NCBI GenBank assembly: GCA_044226385.1
Contig: JBGAHA010000011.1
Location: forward strand, 14,820 to 78,819
Length of the DNA: 64,000 nt
From: Phycisphaerales bacterium
Lineage (GTDB): Bacteria; Planctomycetota; Phycisphaerae; Phycisphaerales; UBA1924
Reading direction: 5' to 3'
Made by a program: the position numbers and the translations under genes. Positions 43,378-52,374 of this stretch are shown in pieces. Position 1 is the stretch's first letter, and the number at the start of each line of letters is the position of its first letter. Under the pieces are notes generated by a model. That model was not told the origin of the DNA. It ran no database searches and saw only the letters and a program-made list of their open reading frames with translations.

Positions 43378-45180
43378 ATGCCATGGCGGCCGTCCGCTCC
43401 CCCGATCAACGCGCCGTATGCTCGCTCCCCCATGTCCTCCGCCTCCTTCTCATCCTCCTTCGAAAGCGACCCCACCCGCTCCCGCGGCATGCGAGGCGCT
43501 CGCCCACGCCCCGAGCCCCTGGGCAAACTCTTCGACCGCCTCCCGCCACACTCGATCGAAGCCGAGATGTCCCTCCTGGGCTCGATGATCCTCGACCCTC
43601 AGGTCATCGCCGACATCCTGCCCCACGTTTCCAAGCCCGAGGATTTCTACAACGAACCCCACGGCGCCATCTTCAAGGCCGTCGTGGACGTCTACGACAA
43701 GTACCACTCCGGCGACCTCGTCCAGATCGCCGAGATCCTCAAGGACGTCGGCACGCTCGACGCGATCGGCGGACCCGACTACCTCGTCAAGCTCGCCGAG
43801 GCCGTCCCTTCGTCGGTCAACGCCCCGCACTACGCGAGGATCGTGGGGGAGAAGGCCAAGCTGCGCCGGCTGATCTCCGCCGCGGGCCAGATCCTCTACG
43901 ACGCGTACCACACCGGCGAACTCGGCCCCGACGGCGCGCGGGAAGTCCTCGACAAGGCGGAGGCCGCCGTCTTTGAGATCGCCCAGGAACGCACCGCCGC
44001 CGAGCCCGAGCGCCTCGCCGACCTTCTCCAGCTCGAGATCGACCGCATCGAGTCCTCCGAGGGCAAGGGCCTCAGCGGCGTGCCCACCGGCTACATCGAT
44101 CTCGATGGACTGCTGCACGGCCTCCAGCCGGGTGAACTCACGATCATCGCCGCCCGTCCTTCCATGGGAAAGACGGCGCTGGCCCTCAACCTCGCCGAGC
44201 AGATCGCCATGGGCGGGGCCTCCCCGGGGATGCCGGCGATCGGCGCTCCCGCGGGCGTCGCCTTCTTCAGCCTGGAAATGTCCCGCGGCGCGGTGACGCA
44301 GCGACTGCTCAGCGCCCGCTCGGGCGTCGGGGGCGAAAAGTTCCGCGGAGGCCAGGAGATCACCTCCGCCGAGTGGCAGGCGCTGCTGGGGGCGTGCGAC
44401 GCCCTGCGCGACGCCCCCGTGTACATCGACGACACCCCCGGCCTCACCGTTCTCAATCTCCGCGCCCGCGCCCGCCGCTTGGTGGCCCAGCACTCGTGCA
44501 AGTGCATCATGATCGACTACCTTCAGCTGCTGACCGCGCCGGGCTCGGCTCGCGAGTCGCGCCAGGTGGAAGTGTCGGCGATCTCGCGCGGCGTCAAGGC
44601 TCTGGCCCGAGAGCTCAAGGTCCCGGTGATCTGCCTCTCCCAGCTCAACCGCGCCACCGAGCAGCGCGAGGGCAACCGCCCGCGCATGAGCGACCTGCGC
44701 GAATCGGGCTCGATCGAGCAGGACGCCGACGTCGTGATCCTTCTGCACCGGGAGGACTACTACCACCGCGGGGAGCCCGCCTGGGACCCCAATTCCCCCG
44801 ACTTCGACCACGAGAACCAGGAAAAGATCGGCACCGCGGAGCTCATCATCGCCAAGCAGCGAAACGGCCCGACGGGCACCGTCCGCCTGACCTGGGATTC
44901 CAACATCACCCGCTTCCGCAGCCATTCCGACGCCCAGCCGCCGGCGAACTACCAGGCCCAGCAGCAGCGGGCGAACACGAGCAACTTCGGCGGCGGCAGC
45001 GGCCGCACCAACGCGCCGCCCACGCACAGCGAGCTCGCCGCGCCCGATTCATGGCCGCCGCGCCCCGCCTCGGGCTTCCCCGGCGGACGCAAGACCGGCC
45101 CGATCGACAACCACCGGGATGGCGGGGGGCCCGATCGCGGCGCTCCATTCGGCAGCCCCGACGAAGAGCCGCCGTTCTAG
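43378..45180 (+). CDS. dnaB: Replicative DNA helicase DnaB with an 85-aa low-complexity C-terminal tail
   Basis: 'PPHSIEAEMSLLGSMILDP', Walker A 'ARPSMGKTALALN', 'IMIDYLQLL', 'SQLNRATEQR', 'RESGSIEQDADVV', 'AKQRNGPTG'. Start could also be the ATG at 43429. Confidence 0.9.
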   Translation: MPWRPSAPPINAPYARSPMSSASFSSSFESDPTRSRGMRGARPRPEPLGKLFDRLPPHSIEAEMSLLGSMILDPQVIADILPHVSKPEDFYNEPHGAIFKAVVDVYDKYHSGDLVQIAEILKDVGTLDAIGGPDYLVKLAEAVPSSVNAPHYARIVGEKAKLRRLISAAGQILYDAYHTGELGPDGAREVLDKAEAAVFEIAQERTAAEPERLADLLQLEIDRIESSEGKGLSGVPTGYIDLDGLLHGLQPGELTIIAARPSMGKTALALNLAEQIAMGGASPGMPAIGAPAGVAFFSLEMSRGAVTQRLLSARSGVGGEKFRGGQEITSAEWQALLGACDALRDAPVYIDDTPGLTVLNLRARARRLVAQHSCKCIMIDYLQLLTAPGSARESRQVEVSAISRGVKALARELKVPVICLSQLNRATEQREGNRPRMSDLRESGSIEQDADVVILLHREDYYHRGEPAWDPNSPDFDHENQEKIGTAELIIAKQRNGPTGTVRLTWDSNITRFRSHSDAQPPANYQAQQQRANTSNFGGGSGRTNAPPTHSELAAPDSWPPRPASGFPGGRKTGPIDNHRDGGGPDRGAPFGSPDEEPPF

Positions 45181-45213
45181 CGGGCTTCACCGCGCCGGGC
45201 GAGCCGGGTACGC

Positions 45214-45717
45214 TTGTGCATGCGCACCACGACACTCCTGAGCCTTGCCCTCGCGTGCCTCGCCGTGAACCTTTCCGGCTGTTCGTATTTCAAGACCGGC
45301 GGTGGGGCGAGCGCCGGTGGGGGAGGTGGTGGGGGAGGCGGTTCCGGCGGAGGATCGTCCACCTCTGGCGGCGGCTCCACCGGTGCCCCGGTGTACTCCG
45401 GCAAGGTTACGGGCACGGTCACGTACCGGGAGCGCATCATGCTCCCCGCCGACGCGATCGCCATCGTCCAGCTGGTCGATGCCTCCAAGGGCGCGGTCAT
45501 CGCCGAGCACCGCGTGGGCACCATGGGAAAGGCGCCACCCTACAGCTTCACCCTCGCCTATGACCCGTCGAAGATCACCGAATCGGTCCGCTACCAGGTC
45601 CGGGCGGAGATCCAGGTCCGCGGCAGCGCCCGCTTCACGACCGTGATGCCCGCCGCCGTGATCACCCAGGGCGCTCCGGCGAACACCGAGCTGGTGCTCC
45701 AGGCCGCCCGCCGCTGA
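45214..45717 (+). CDS. YbaY-like lipoprotein
   Basis: Lipobox 'LAVNLSGC', a Gly/Ser linker, then 'VTGTVTYRERIMLPADAIAIVQLVD' and 'YSFTLAYDPSKI...RYQVRAEI', which are typical of the YbaY family. Confidence 0.7.
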   Translation: MCMRTTTLLSLALACLAVNLSGCSYFKTGGGASAGGGGGGGGGSGGGSSTSGGGSTGAPVYSGKVTGTVTYRERIMLPADAIAIVQLVDASKGAVIAEHRVGTMGKAPPYSFTLAYDPSKITESVRYQVRAEIQVRGSARFTTVMPAAVITQGAPANTELVLQAARR

Positions 45718-45747
45718 TGGTCCCGGATAACACGCGGTCCCGGCCGG

Positions 45748-46350
45748 CTACGTTCCGGGCCACGGCCGCGGCTTGATGACTTTCGCCGGGTTCCCCCCGA
45801 CGATCGTCGCCTCGGCGACGTCCTTGGTCACCACCGCGCACGCGGCGACGATCGCGTTGTGCCCGACGGTGACCCCCGGGCCGATGAACGCCCCTGCGCA
45901 CACCCACACCCCGTCCCCGACGACGATGCTGGGGCGGATCAGGGGCAGGTCAAATTTCGTGTAATCGTGCGTGCCCGCGCACAGCCACGCCCGCTGGGAG
46001 ATCGTGGTCTGGCTGCCGATGCGGATCCAGCCCAGGTTGTAGATCTCGACATCCTCGGCGAGGGTCGACCACTCCCCCATCTCCAGCAGCCAGGGATGGC
46101 GAACGACGGTCGTCGCCTTGGTGAAGGACGTACTGGTGAGCTTGGCGCCAAAGGCCCGCAGCCAGAAGCGTCGCCAGCCGTGGGCCCGCTTGGGGCTGAG
46201 CCGGATGAACGTCGCCTGCACCCATTCCCACAGGAATCGCCGGATGTACTCCGACAAGGGATAGGGAGCGCCCGCCGTCTGGTCGTTGCGCTGGTACAGC
46301 CGCTCGGGGGGCGGCAGCGGGGGCGGGGCGGGTTGACTCTGGACGGCCAT
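45748..46350 (-). CDS. WcaF-like hexapeptide-repeat acetyltransferase (polysaccharide O-acetylation)
   Basis: 'RFLWEWVQATFIRLSP...WRRFWLRAFGAKL', then left-handed beta-helix repeats 'IGSQTTISQRAWL', 'VGDGVWVCAGAFIGPGVTVGHNAIVAACAVV'. ATG at 46350. Confidence 0.8.
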   Translation of the reverse strand: MAVQSQPAPPPLPPPERLYQRNDQTAGAPYPLSEYIRRFLWEWVQATFIRLSPKRAHGWRRFWLRAFGAKLTSTSFTKATTVVRHPWLLEMGEWSTLAEDVEIYNLGWIRIGSQTTISQRAWLCAGTHDYTKFDLPLIRPSIVVGDGVWVCAGAFIGPGVTVGHNAIVAACAVVTKDVAEATIVGGNPAKVIKPRPWPGT

Positions 46351-46597
46351 GCAATGCTCTCGTCGGACATTCCCGCCCGAGTTCTTCACCGTCCGATGAC
46401 ACTCGGCCTCATGGGGAGAGAATCCACGGCGGCCGCAGAACCGGGCGCGAACGAGCCGATGCTAGGTGGGGGGACGGCGAGGACAACGTCCCCGAAGTTA
46501 TTCCCGGGCTGCGTTCGCCCACCCCCGCAGGCCCGCCGTAGGCTTGCTGTGAGTCGTCACTCGCCCCCGGTTCCGCTTATCTGGACCCGCCGACCGC

Positions 46598-49060
46598 ATG
46601 CGAATCCTTCACTACATCGAGGAACTCAACCTCAAGTCCGGCGGGCCCGTCCGGGCCGTGCTCGACCTCTCTCGCCTTACCAGCGAGGCCGGACACCAGG
46701 TCACCATCCTCTCCCCGGATGTCTCGGATTCACCCAAGGAGTGGCTCACGCCCCCCGCGCCGGGGGAGCACCGCCCCCACGTCGTGAAGGTGCCCGAATT
46801 CTCCGGCCGCGGCAAGCTCTTCCCTTTCCCGGTGGTCGAGCAGATCCGCAAGGATTTCATCGCCGGCCACGACCTGCTCCACGTCCACGGCATGTGGGCG
46901 CCCTCCAACGTCCAGCTCACCGGCGCGGCGTACCGCGCGGGCGTGCCGTATATCGTCAGCCTCCGCGGCATGCTCGACGACTGGCCCATGTCCCAGCGCC
47001 GGCTGAAAAAGCAGATGTTCCTGCTCATCGCCGGCCGGCGCATGCTCACCCGCGCTGCTTTCGTGCACTGCACGGCCGAGGGCGAGCACCAGCAGTCGCG
47101 CAAGTGGTTCCCCAAGGGTCGTGGGCGAGTCATCCCCAACCTGCTGGACCTGGGACCGTTCCGCAGCGCGCCGGGGCCGCAGCTCGCCCGTGCGAAGTTC
47201 CCGGGGCTGGATGGCTCCGTGCCCGCCGTGCTCTTCCTGAGCCGCGTGCACTACAAGAAGGGCGTCGAGCACTTCATCAAGGCGGCGGCGATCCTGCGGG
47301 ACCGCGGCATCCATTACCAGTGGATGGTCGCCGGTGACGGAGACGCCGATTACATGCAGTCCCTGCGGGCGCTGAGCGCCTCGCTCAAGCTCGAGGATCG
47401 CGTGCACTTCCTGGGCATGGTGAAGGGGCCGGAAAAAATCTCCCTCTTCCAGGCGTCGGATCTGTTCCTGCTTCCGACCAGCCAGGAGAACTTTGGCTTT
47501 GCGCTGGTTGAGGCGATGGCCGCGGGCGTGCCCGTCATGACCACCAAGGGCGTGGACCTGTGGCCGGAGCTCGAAGCCTGCGGCGGCGCGGAAATCGTCG
47601 AGCAGGACGCCGCGCCCATCGCCGATCACGTCGCCAAGCTCCTCGCCGACACGCCCCGCCTTAAGGACATGGGCGTCAAGGCCCGCAAATGGGTCTTTGA
47701 CAACCTCGACGAGCAGGCCGTCATCCGCCAGTTCATCGCGACGTACTCCGACGCGATCTCGGAGCGCACCGGCGTGCCGGTGGGACGGCTGCGGCACGGC
47801 CTGCCGGCCGCGGAGGCGGGCAACGTTCCCGCGGAGTCACCCTCGGGAAAAGGTGATGGGCCGGGCGTCACAACGGTCGCGCCCGGCCGAAACCACATCG
47901 TGCACTACCTCCCGCACTTCCGGCTCGAGCAGGGGGGCGTGGTGCGGGCGGTGCTGGACCTGTGCGAGGGCGTCGCCAAGGCCGGCGACCGCGTCACCAT
48001 CATCACCGAGGATCACACCGATTGCCCTCCCGCGTGGAAGACCGGGGACGCAGGTGTTCCCCAGATCGTGCAGGTGCGCGGGGAACGCGCCGGCAACCCC
48101 GTGCTGCGTCCCTGGTCCATGACGGTCGTCCGCAAGATCGTGACCAGCGCCGACGTGGTGCACCTGCACGGCATGTGGACACCGGCGAACCTCCAGGTCG
48201 CCTCGGTCGCCCTGGATTTCCGCATCCCCTACATCGTCTCTCCCCACGGCATGCTCGACGACTGGCCGATGTCCCAGAAGCGGCCCAAGAAGCTTTTCCA
48301 CTGGTTCGCCTATGGGCGCAACCTGCTCAACAACGCCGCGTTCGTGCACTGCACCGCCCAGGCCGAGCTGGACCAGGCCCAGAAGTGGTTCCCGCGCGGG
48401 CGAGGCATGGTGGTGCCGCTGGTCTTCGACCTCGAGCCCTTTCGCCAGCTTCCCGGGCCCCAGTTGGCGCACGAAGCGTTTCCCGCCGCGGCTTCGGGCA
48501 ACCTCAAGCTCCTGTACCTCAGCCGAGTGAACTACAAGAAGGGCCCCGACGTCCTGATCCGCGCCGCCTCGCAGCTGGCGCGAAGCGGGGTCCACTTCAC
48601 GCTCCTGATCGCCGGCCCCGGCGACCCGCCCGAGTACCTCGAAAAGATGCGGGCCCTGGCCGCCTCCGAAGGGATCGCCGATCGCACCCACTTCCTCGGG
48701 CTGGTCTCCGGTAAGACCAAGCTCTCCCTCTACCAGGCAGCGGACATCTTCGTGCTTCCCACAAGTCAGGAGAACTTCGGGTTCGTCTTCTTCGAGGCCC
48801 TGGCCTGCGGCACGCCGGTCATCACCACCCCGGGCGTCGATGTCTGGCGGGAACTCGAGTCCAGCGGGGGCGCGGTGATTGCGCCCCGCACGCCTGCTGA
48901 CTTTGCGGCGGCGATCGAGCCCTTCGCCAAAGACTCCGGCCGCTCGAAGGCCATGGGTAGTTCCGGCCGGGAGTGGATCCTGCGGGAGCTGGCGCCGGAG
49001 GCGATCGTGGCGCGTTTCAGGAAAATGTACGGTGCCGCGGCGTGCCGCCGAGCCTCCTGA
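46598..49060 (+). CDS. Fused tandem double GT4-family glycosyltransferase
   Basis: There are two homologous halves, about 46598-47760 and 47891-49057. Each has 'GG(P/V)VRAVLDL', 'HxHGMW(A/T)P', 'PYIVSxxGMLDDWPMSQ', 'AAFVHCTA' and the EX7E-type block 'LPTSQENFGF(A/V)..EA(M/L)A.G.PV'. Confidence 0.85.
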   Translation: MRILHYIEELNLKSGGPVRAVLDLSRLTSEAGHQVTILSPDVSDSPKEWLTPPAPGEHRPHVVKVPEFSGRGKLFPFPVVEQIRKDFIAGHDLLHVHGMWAPSNVQLTGAAYRAGVPYIVSLRGMLDDWPMSQRRLKKQMFLLIAGRRMLTRAAFVHCTAEGEHQQSRKWFPKGRGRVIPNLLDLGPFRSAPGPQLARAKFPGLDGSVPAVLFLSRVHYKKGVEHFIKAAAILRDRGIHYQWMVAGDGDADYMQSLRALSASLKLEDRVHFLGMVKGPEKISLFQASDLFLLPTSQENFGFALVEAMAAGVPVMTTKGVDLWPELEACGGAEIVEQDAAPIADHVAKLLADTPRLKDMGVKARKWVFDNLDEQAVIRQFIATYSDAISERTGVPVGRLRHGLPAAEAGNVPAESPSGKGDGPGVTTVAPGRNHIVHYLPHFRLEQGGVVRAVLDLCEGVAKAGDRVTIITEDHTDCPPAWKTGDAGVPQIVQVRGERAGNPVLRPWSMTVVRKIVTSADVVHLHGMWTPANLQVASVALDFRIPYIVSPHGMLDDWPMSQKRPKKLFHWFAYGRNLLNNAAFVHCTAQAELDQAQKWFPRGRGMVVPLVFDLEPFRQLPGPQLAHEAFPAAASGNLKLLYLSRVNYKKGPDVLIRAASQLARSGVHFTLLIAGPGDPPEYLEKMRALAASEGIADRTHFLGLVSGKTKLSLYQAADIFVLPTSQENFGFVFFEALACGTPVITTPGVDVWRELESSGGAVIAPRTPADFAAAIEPFAKDSGRSKAMGSSGREWILRELAPEAIVARFRKMYGAAACRRAS

Positions 49061-49195
49061 TCCGGGGCCAAGCTCCGAACCACGGCACCGTTGCTCCCGT
49101 GACTGGAGCGTGCAACGTTCTCGGCCGATGTTGAACGGCAGGGCAGGCGGTGCGAACCGTACCCGACCAGCACGCGTACCCTCAGTGGTCTTGGT

Positions 49196-50692
49196 GTGTC
49201 CCCGAGTTACCGGACGGTTTTTCTGCAAACGCTCGCCATCATCCTCAGCGTCGCGACGATCGCCGGGCTCATCCTCCAGATCCTGGTCGAACACTTCACG
49301 CGCAAGACCGACCTCTTGAGCTCCCGCAACGTCTTCTACGTCGGGCTCATCAACTTTCAGTTCTTCCCCATCTCCCTTTCCCTCTACGCCGACACGTACA
49401 TGCGCAAGCTCATCCCCGCGAACCCCGGCGCCGCCGGGATGATCTTCGTGGGGATGTCCTGGACGTTCCTGCTCCTGTTCAACATCGTCTACCACCGAGG
49501 CTGGGGCGCCCGGACGCTGGCGGGCATGGTCCGCAGCAAGTTCCCCATCCCCTCTCCCAACGCCCTGCTCGTGATCGCCGTGGTCTTCCTGATCCTGGGG
49601 GCCTTCAACCGCGTGGTGGTCATGACCACGCCGCTGATCAACACGCTGGGCGCCATCTTTTCCATCGGCTTCCTCAGCGCCGCCGCGGGGTGCGCCATCT
49701 GGGCGTGGCTGCCGCGCATGTGGAATCCACTCTACGCGATCCCCGCCGGCATGATCACGCTGGGCAGCATGCTGGTCTCCATGCACCTGAGCTTCGGCCG
49801 CCGAGACCTGCTGAGCGTGGTGCTCGCCTGCGTCTGGGCGGGCTACTGGGGGTACCTGCGCGACAAGGGCAACTTTGCCGTCTTCACGCGGCTGGGGAGC
49901 ATCGGTTCGGTGGGCGTGGTGCTGCTGGCGCTGCTCTCGGCGACGCGTGGTGAGGCCGGTGAGATCCGCAGCCTGGGCAAGATCCTTTCCGACATGAACT
50001 CCGCGGAGGTCTCCTCGGGAATCCAGCACATGGCCACGGTGCAGGATTCGGGGCCCATCACGCTCTACCTGATCGACACGCGTCCCAAGGATTTTTCCTA
50101 CGACCCCCTGCACAGCCTGATCTACCTGGTCACCCAGCCCATCCCGCGCGAGATCTGGAAGGACAAGCCCAACGCCCTGGGACAGGACATCGTGTACCAG
50201 GCAGGGGTGCGCGGGCTCGCGCGGGGGTTCAGCTACGGACCCGGGATCTTCGGCCACATCGCCAACGACAACCCGTACATCGCGCTGCCCATCTACGCGA
50301 TCCTTTTCGCCATCGCCCTGGGGTTCCTCGACCGCGTCTGCCGGCTCAATCCCACCAACCCGTTCGTCATGATCCCCCTGGGCGCGGGCCTGGGAGAGCT
50401 CATGGCGATCCCGCGCGGTGAAATGGGCCTGTTCGTCTTCCGCTGCTTCTTCATGTTCGTCACCGCCTGGTTCGGCATGTGGGCCGTCGCCAAGCTCATG
50501 ATTGCTTCGGGCCTCCAGCTCACCGGCGGGGGTACCGAGGACGCCGAGCAGCTCGACGAATACGCCGACTATGGGGAAGAGATCGAGTACCAGCCCCCGC
50601 CCCAGAACCCCGACCTTGCTCCGGCGCGGGAGGATTTCCCGTCCCTCGCCGGCCACCGCCCCGACTACGGTCCCGCCGGCGGACCGGCCTGA
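49196..50692 (+). CDS. Polytopic membrane protein, possible O-antigen/EPS polymerase (Wzy-like)
   Basis: GTG start, 498 aa with at least 10 hydrophobic segments. Located between the glycosyltransferase and the flippase. The functional call rests on context only. Confidence 0.55.
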   Translation: MSPSYRTVFLQTLAIILSVATIAGLILQILVEHFTRKTDLLSSRNVFYVGLINFQFFPISLSLYADTYMRKLIPANPGAAGMIFVGMSWTFLLLFNIVYHRGWGARTLAGMVRSKFPIPSPNALLVIAVVFLILGAFNRVVVMTTPLINTLGAIFSIGFLSAAAGCAIWAWLPRMWNPLYAIPAGMITLGSMLVSMHLSFGRRDLLSVVLACVWAGYWGYLRDKGNFAVFTRLGSIGSVGVVLLALLSATRGEAGEIRSLGKILSDMNSAEVSSGIQHMATVQDSGPITLYLIDTRPKDFSYDPLHSLIYLVTQPIPREIWKDKPNALGQDIVYQAGVRGLARGFSYGPGIFGHIANDNPYIALPIYAILFAIALGFLDRVCRLNPTNPFVMIPLGAGLGELMAIPRGEMGLFVFRCFFMFVTAWFGMWAVAKLMIASGLQLTGGGTEDAEQLDEYADYGEEIEYQPPPQNPDLAPAREDFPSLAGHRPDYGPAGGPA

Positions 50693-50747
50693 CCACCTCC
50701 CCTGATCCTGTCGCTACACCCCACCCGCGCATCCGAGCGAGTCCTGC

Positions 50748-52346
50748 ATGTCAACCGAGCTTCGAAGAGGGTTCGTGCGGATCGCTTCCAGCTACGGCCG
50801 CCTGGGCATCAGCCTCGTCGTGGGCATCATCCAGACCCGCCTCCTGCTGGGGTGGCTGGGCTCCGAGGCGTACGGACTGGTCGCCTTCATCGGCTCCTCC
50901 GTCGGCCTTGCCCTGCTCATCGACGAGGTCCTGCGCTCCAGCATGATCCGGGAGCTCGCCGCCGCCCACCACGCCGACCCGCGCGGTGACAACGGCAAAT
51001 TCCGCGCCGTCCTGGCCTGCGGAACCGTCATCTCCCTCACCGGCACCGCGCTGACCGCGATTCTCTTCCTGACGCTGGCGCTGCTGGTCCCCGTCTTTGA
51101 CATCCCCCCCGCGCTGCACCGCGCCGCCTCCCTGCTCATCCTCGCCGAGGGCATTCACGCCTGCGTGATGGTCTTCACCGCTCCCGTCTACAACATGTTC
51201 GTCGTCACCGAGCGCTTCGTCGAGGACAACATCTTCACAACGGTCCGCAAGACCAGCTACCTCGCCGTCGCCTGGATCCTCCAGTCGCTCATCGGCATGA
51301 AAGACCCCGGCCAGGCCGTGATCTGGTACGGATTCCTCTCCGTCGCCGCGAACGTTGCCGTGCTGCTGGGCGCTTCGGCCTGGATCATGTCGCGCGACGC
51401 CCGCGTACGCCCCGAGCCGCGCACGGCGACCCGCGCCGGCGTCACCCAGTTCATGAGCACCTTCGGGTGGAACACGACCATGATGGTCGCCGTCAACTGC
51501 TACGACCGCGTGGGCGCCCTCATCACCAACCTGGCCTTCGGCACCGTCGGCAACGCCATCTTCGGCGTGGGCTACCAGCTCGCCGCCTACGTCCGCATGA
51601 TGTCCCTGGGGATGAACTTCGGCGCCGACTCTGTCGCCGCCCGCCTCTCCAGTTCCGACAAGGAAGAACGCCGCCAGGCGATGATCCAGTTCACCACCAC
51701 CATGACCCGCCTGCACGGCTTCTCCGCCTTTCCCGCGGCGGCGATCCTCTCCTGCCTTACCGGCCCCATCATGCACCTGTGGGTGGGCGACCGTCTCAAG
51801 GACGAGGGCCAGGTCCTTGCCGCCACCATCACCGCCCAAATCCTGCTCCTGCCCGTGACGGTCCGCTCGGTCACCGACTGCTGGACCCGCATCCTCTACG
51901 GCGCGGGGTACATCCGCCAGTATGCACCACTGCTGCTCGCCGGCGGCATCATCAACCCCATCGCCGCGGTCGTTCTGCTCAATGTCCTTCACGACCCCTA
52001 CCGCCAGTACTCAGCCTCCATCTCCTTCGCGGTCATCATGACCCTCTTCCACTTCATCCTGCTGCCCATCCCCGCCGCGAGGTGCCTGGGGTGCCAGTAC
52101 CGCACGCTGCTCCTGCCCATCATCCGCCCCGCCGTCGCGGCGCTGCTGCCCACGCCCGTGCTCATCTACGGCCTGCCCGCCGTGCTACCGATGGTGGGGG
52201 GGCGACTCGCGGTAGCGCTGCTGATCGTCACGGCCGTCTACGGCGGGCTGTACGCGATGCTGGCGCTGGTCTTCGTCCTCAAGCCCGAGGAAAAGAAGCG
52301 ATTCACGGGCGTGATCACGCGGCGGCTGCGGCCGGCGCGGGGGTAA
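50748..52346 (+). CDS. Oligosaccharide/polysaccharide flippase (Wzx/MOP superfamily-like)
   Basis: 532 aa with about 12-14 hydrophobic segments. The N-terminus 'FVRIASSYGRLGISLVVGIIQTRLLLGWLGSEAYGLVAF' is typical of polysaccharide biosynthesis/flippase proteins. Confidence 0.7.
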   Translation: MSTELRRGFVRIASSYGRLGISLVVGIIQTRLLLGWLGSEAYGLVAFIGSSVGLALLIDEVLRSSMIRELAAAHHADPRGDNGKFRAVLACGTVISLTGTALTAILFLTLALLVPVFDIPPALHRAASLLILAEGIHACVMVFTAPVYNMFVVTERFVEDNIFTTVRKTSYLAVAWILQSLIGMKDPGQAVIWYGFLSVAANVAVLLGASAWIMSRDARVRPEPRTATRAGVTQFMSTFGWNTTMMVAVNCYDRVGALITNLAFGTVGNAIFGVGYQLAAYVRMMSLGMNFGADSVAARLSSSDKEERRQAMIQFTTTMTRLHGFSAFPAAAILSCLTGPIMHLWVGDRLKDEGQVLAATITAQILLLPVTVRSVTDCWTRILYGAGYIRQYAPLLLAGGIINPIAAVVLLNVLHDPYRQYSASISFAVIMTLFHFILLPIPAARCLGCQYRTLLLPIIRPAVAALLPTPVLIYGLPAVLPMVGGRLAVALLIVTAVYGGLYAMLALVFVLKPEEKKRFTGVITRRLRPARG

Positions 52347-52374
52347 CCCCTCCCCGCACGCAGGGCAGGATGGA

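Noticed and set aside
45295-45375. Gly/Ser-coding simple repeat (GGTGGGGGAGG...) as a non-coding repeat or slippage hotspot
   Set aside because: It lies in frame inside the YbaY-like lipoprotein gene, directly after the lipobox cysteine. This is the usual position of a flexible Gly/Ser tether.
47837-50656. 939-aa ORF antisense to the glycosyltransferase and Wzy-like genes
   Set aside because: Same reasoning. The composition is biased (Arg/Gly/Asp/His-rich) and there are no domains. The sense strand carries clear GT4 motifs and membrane-protein hydrophobicity.
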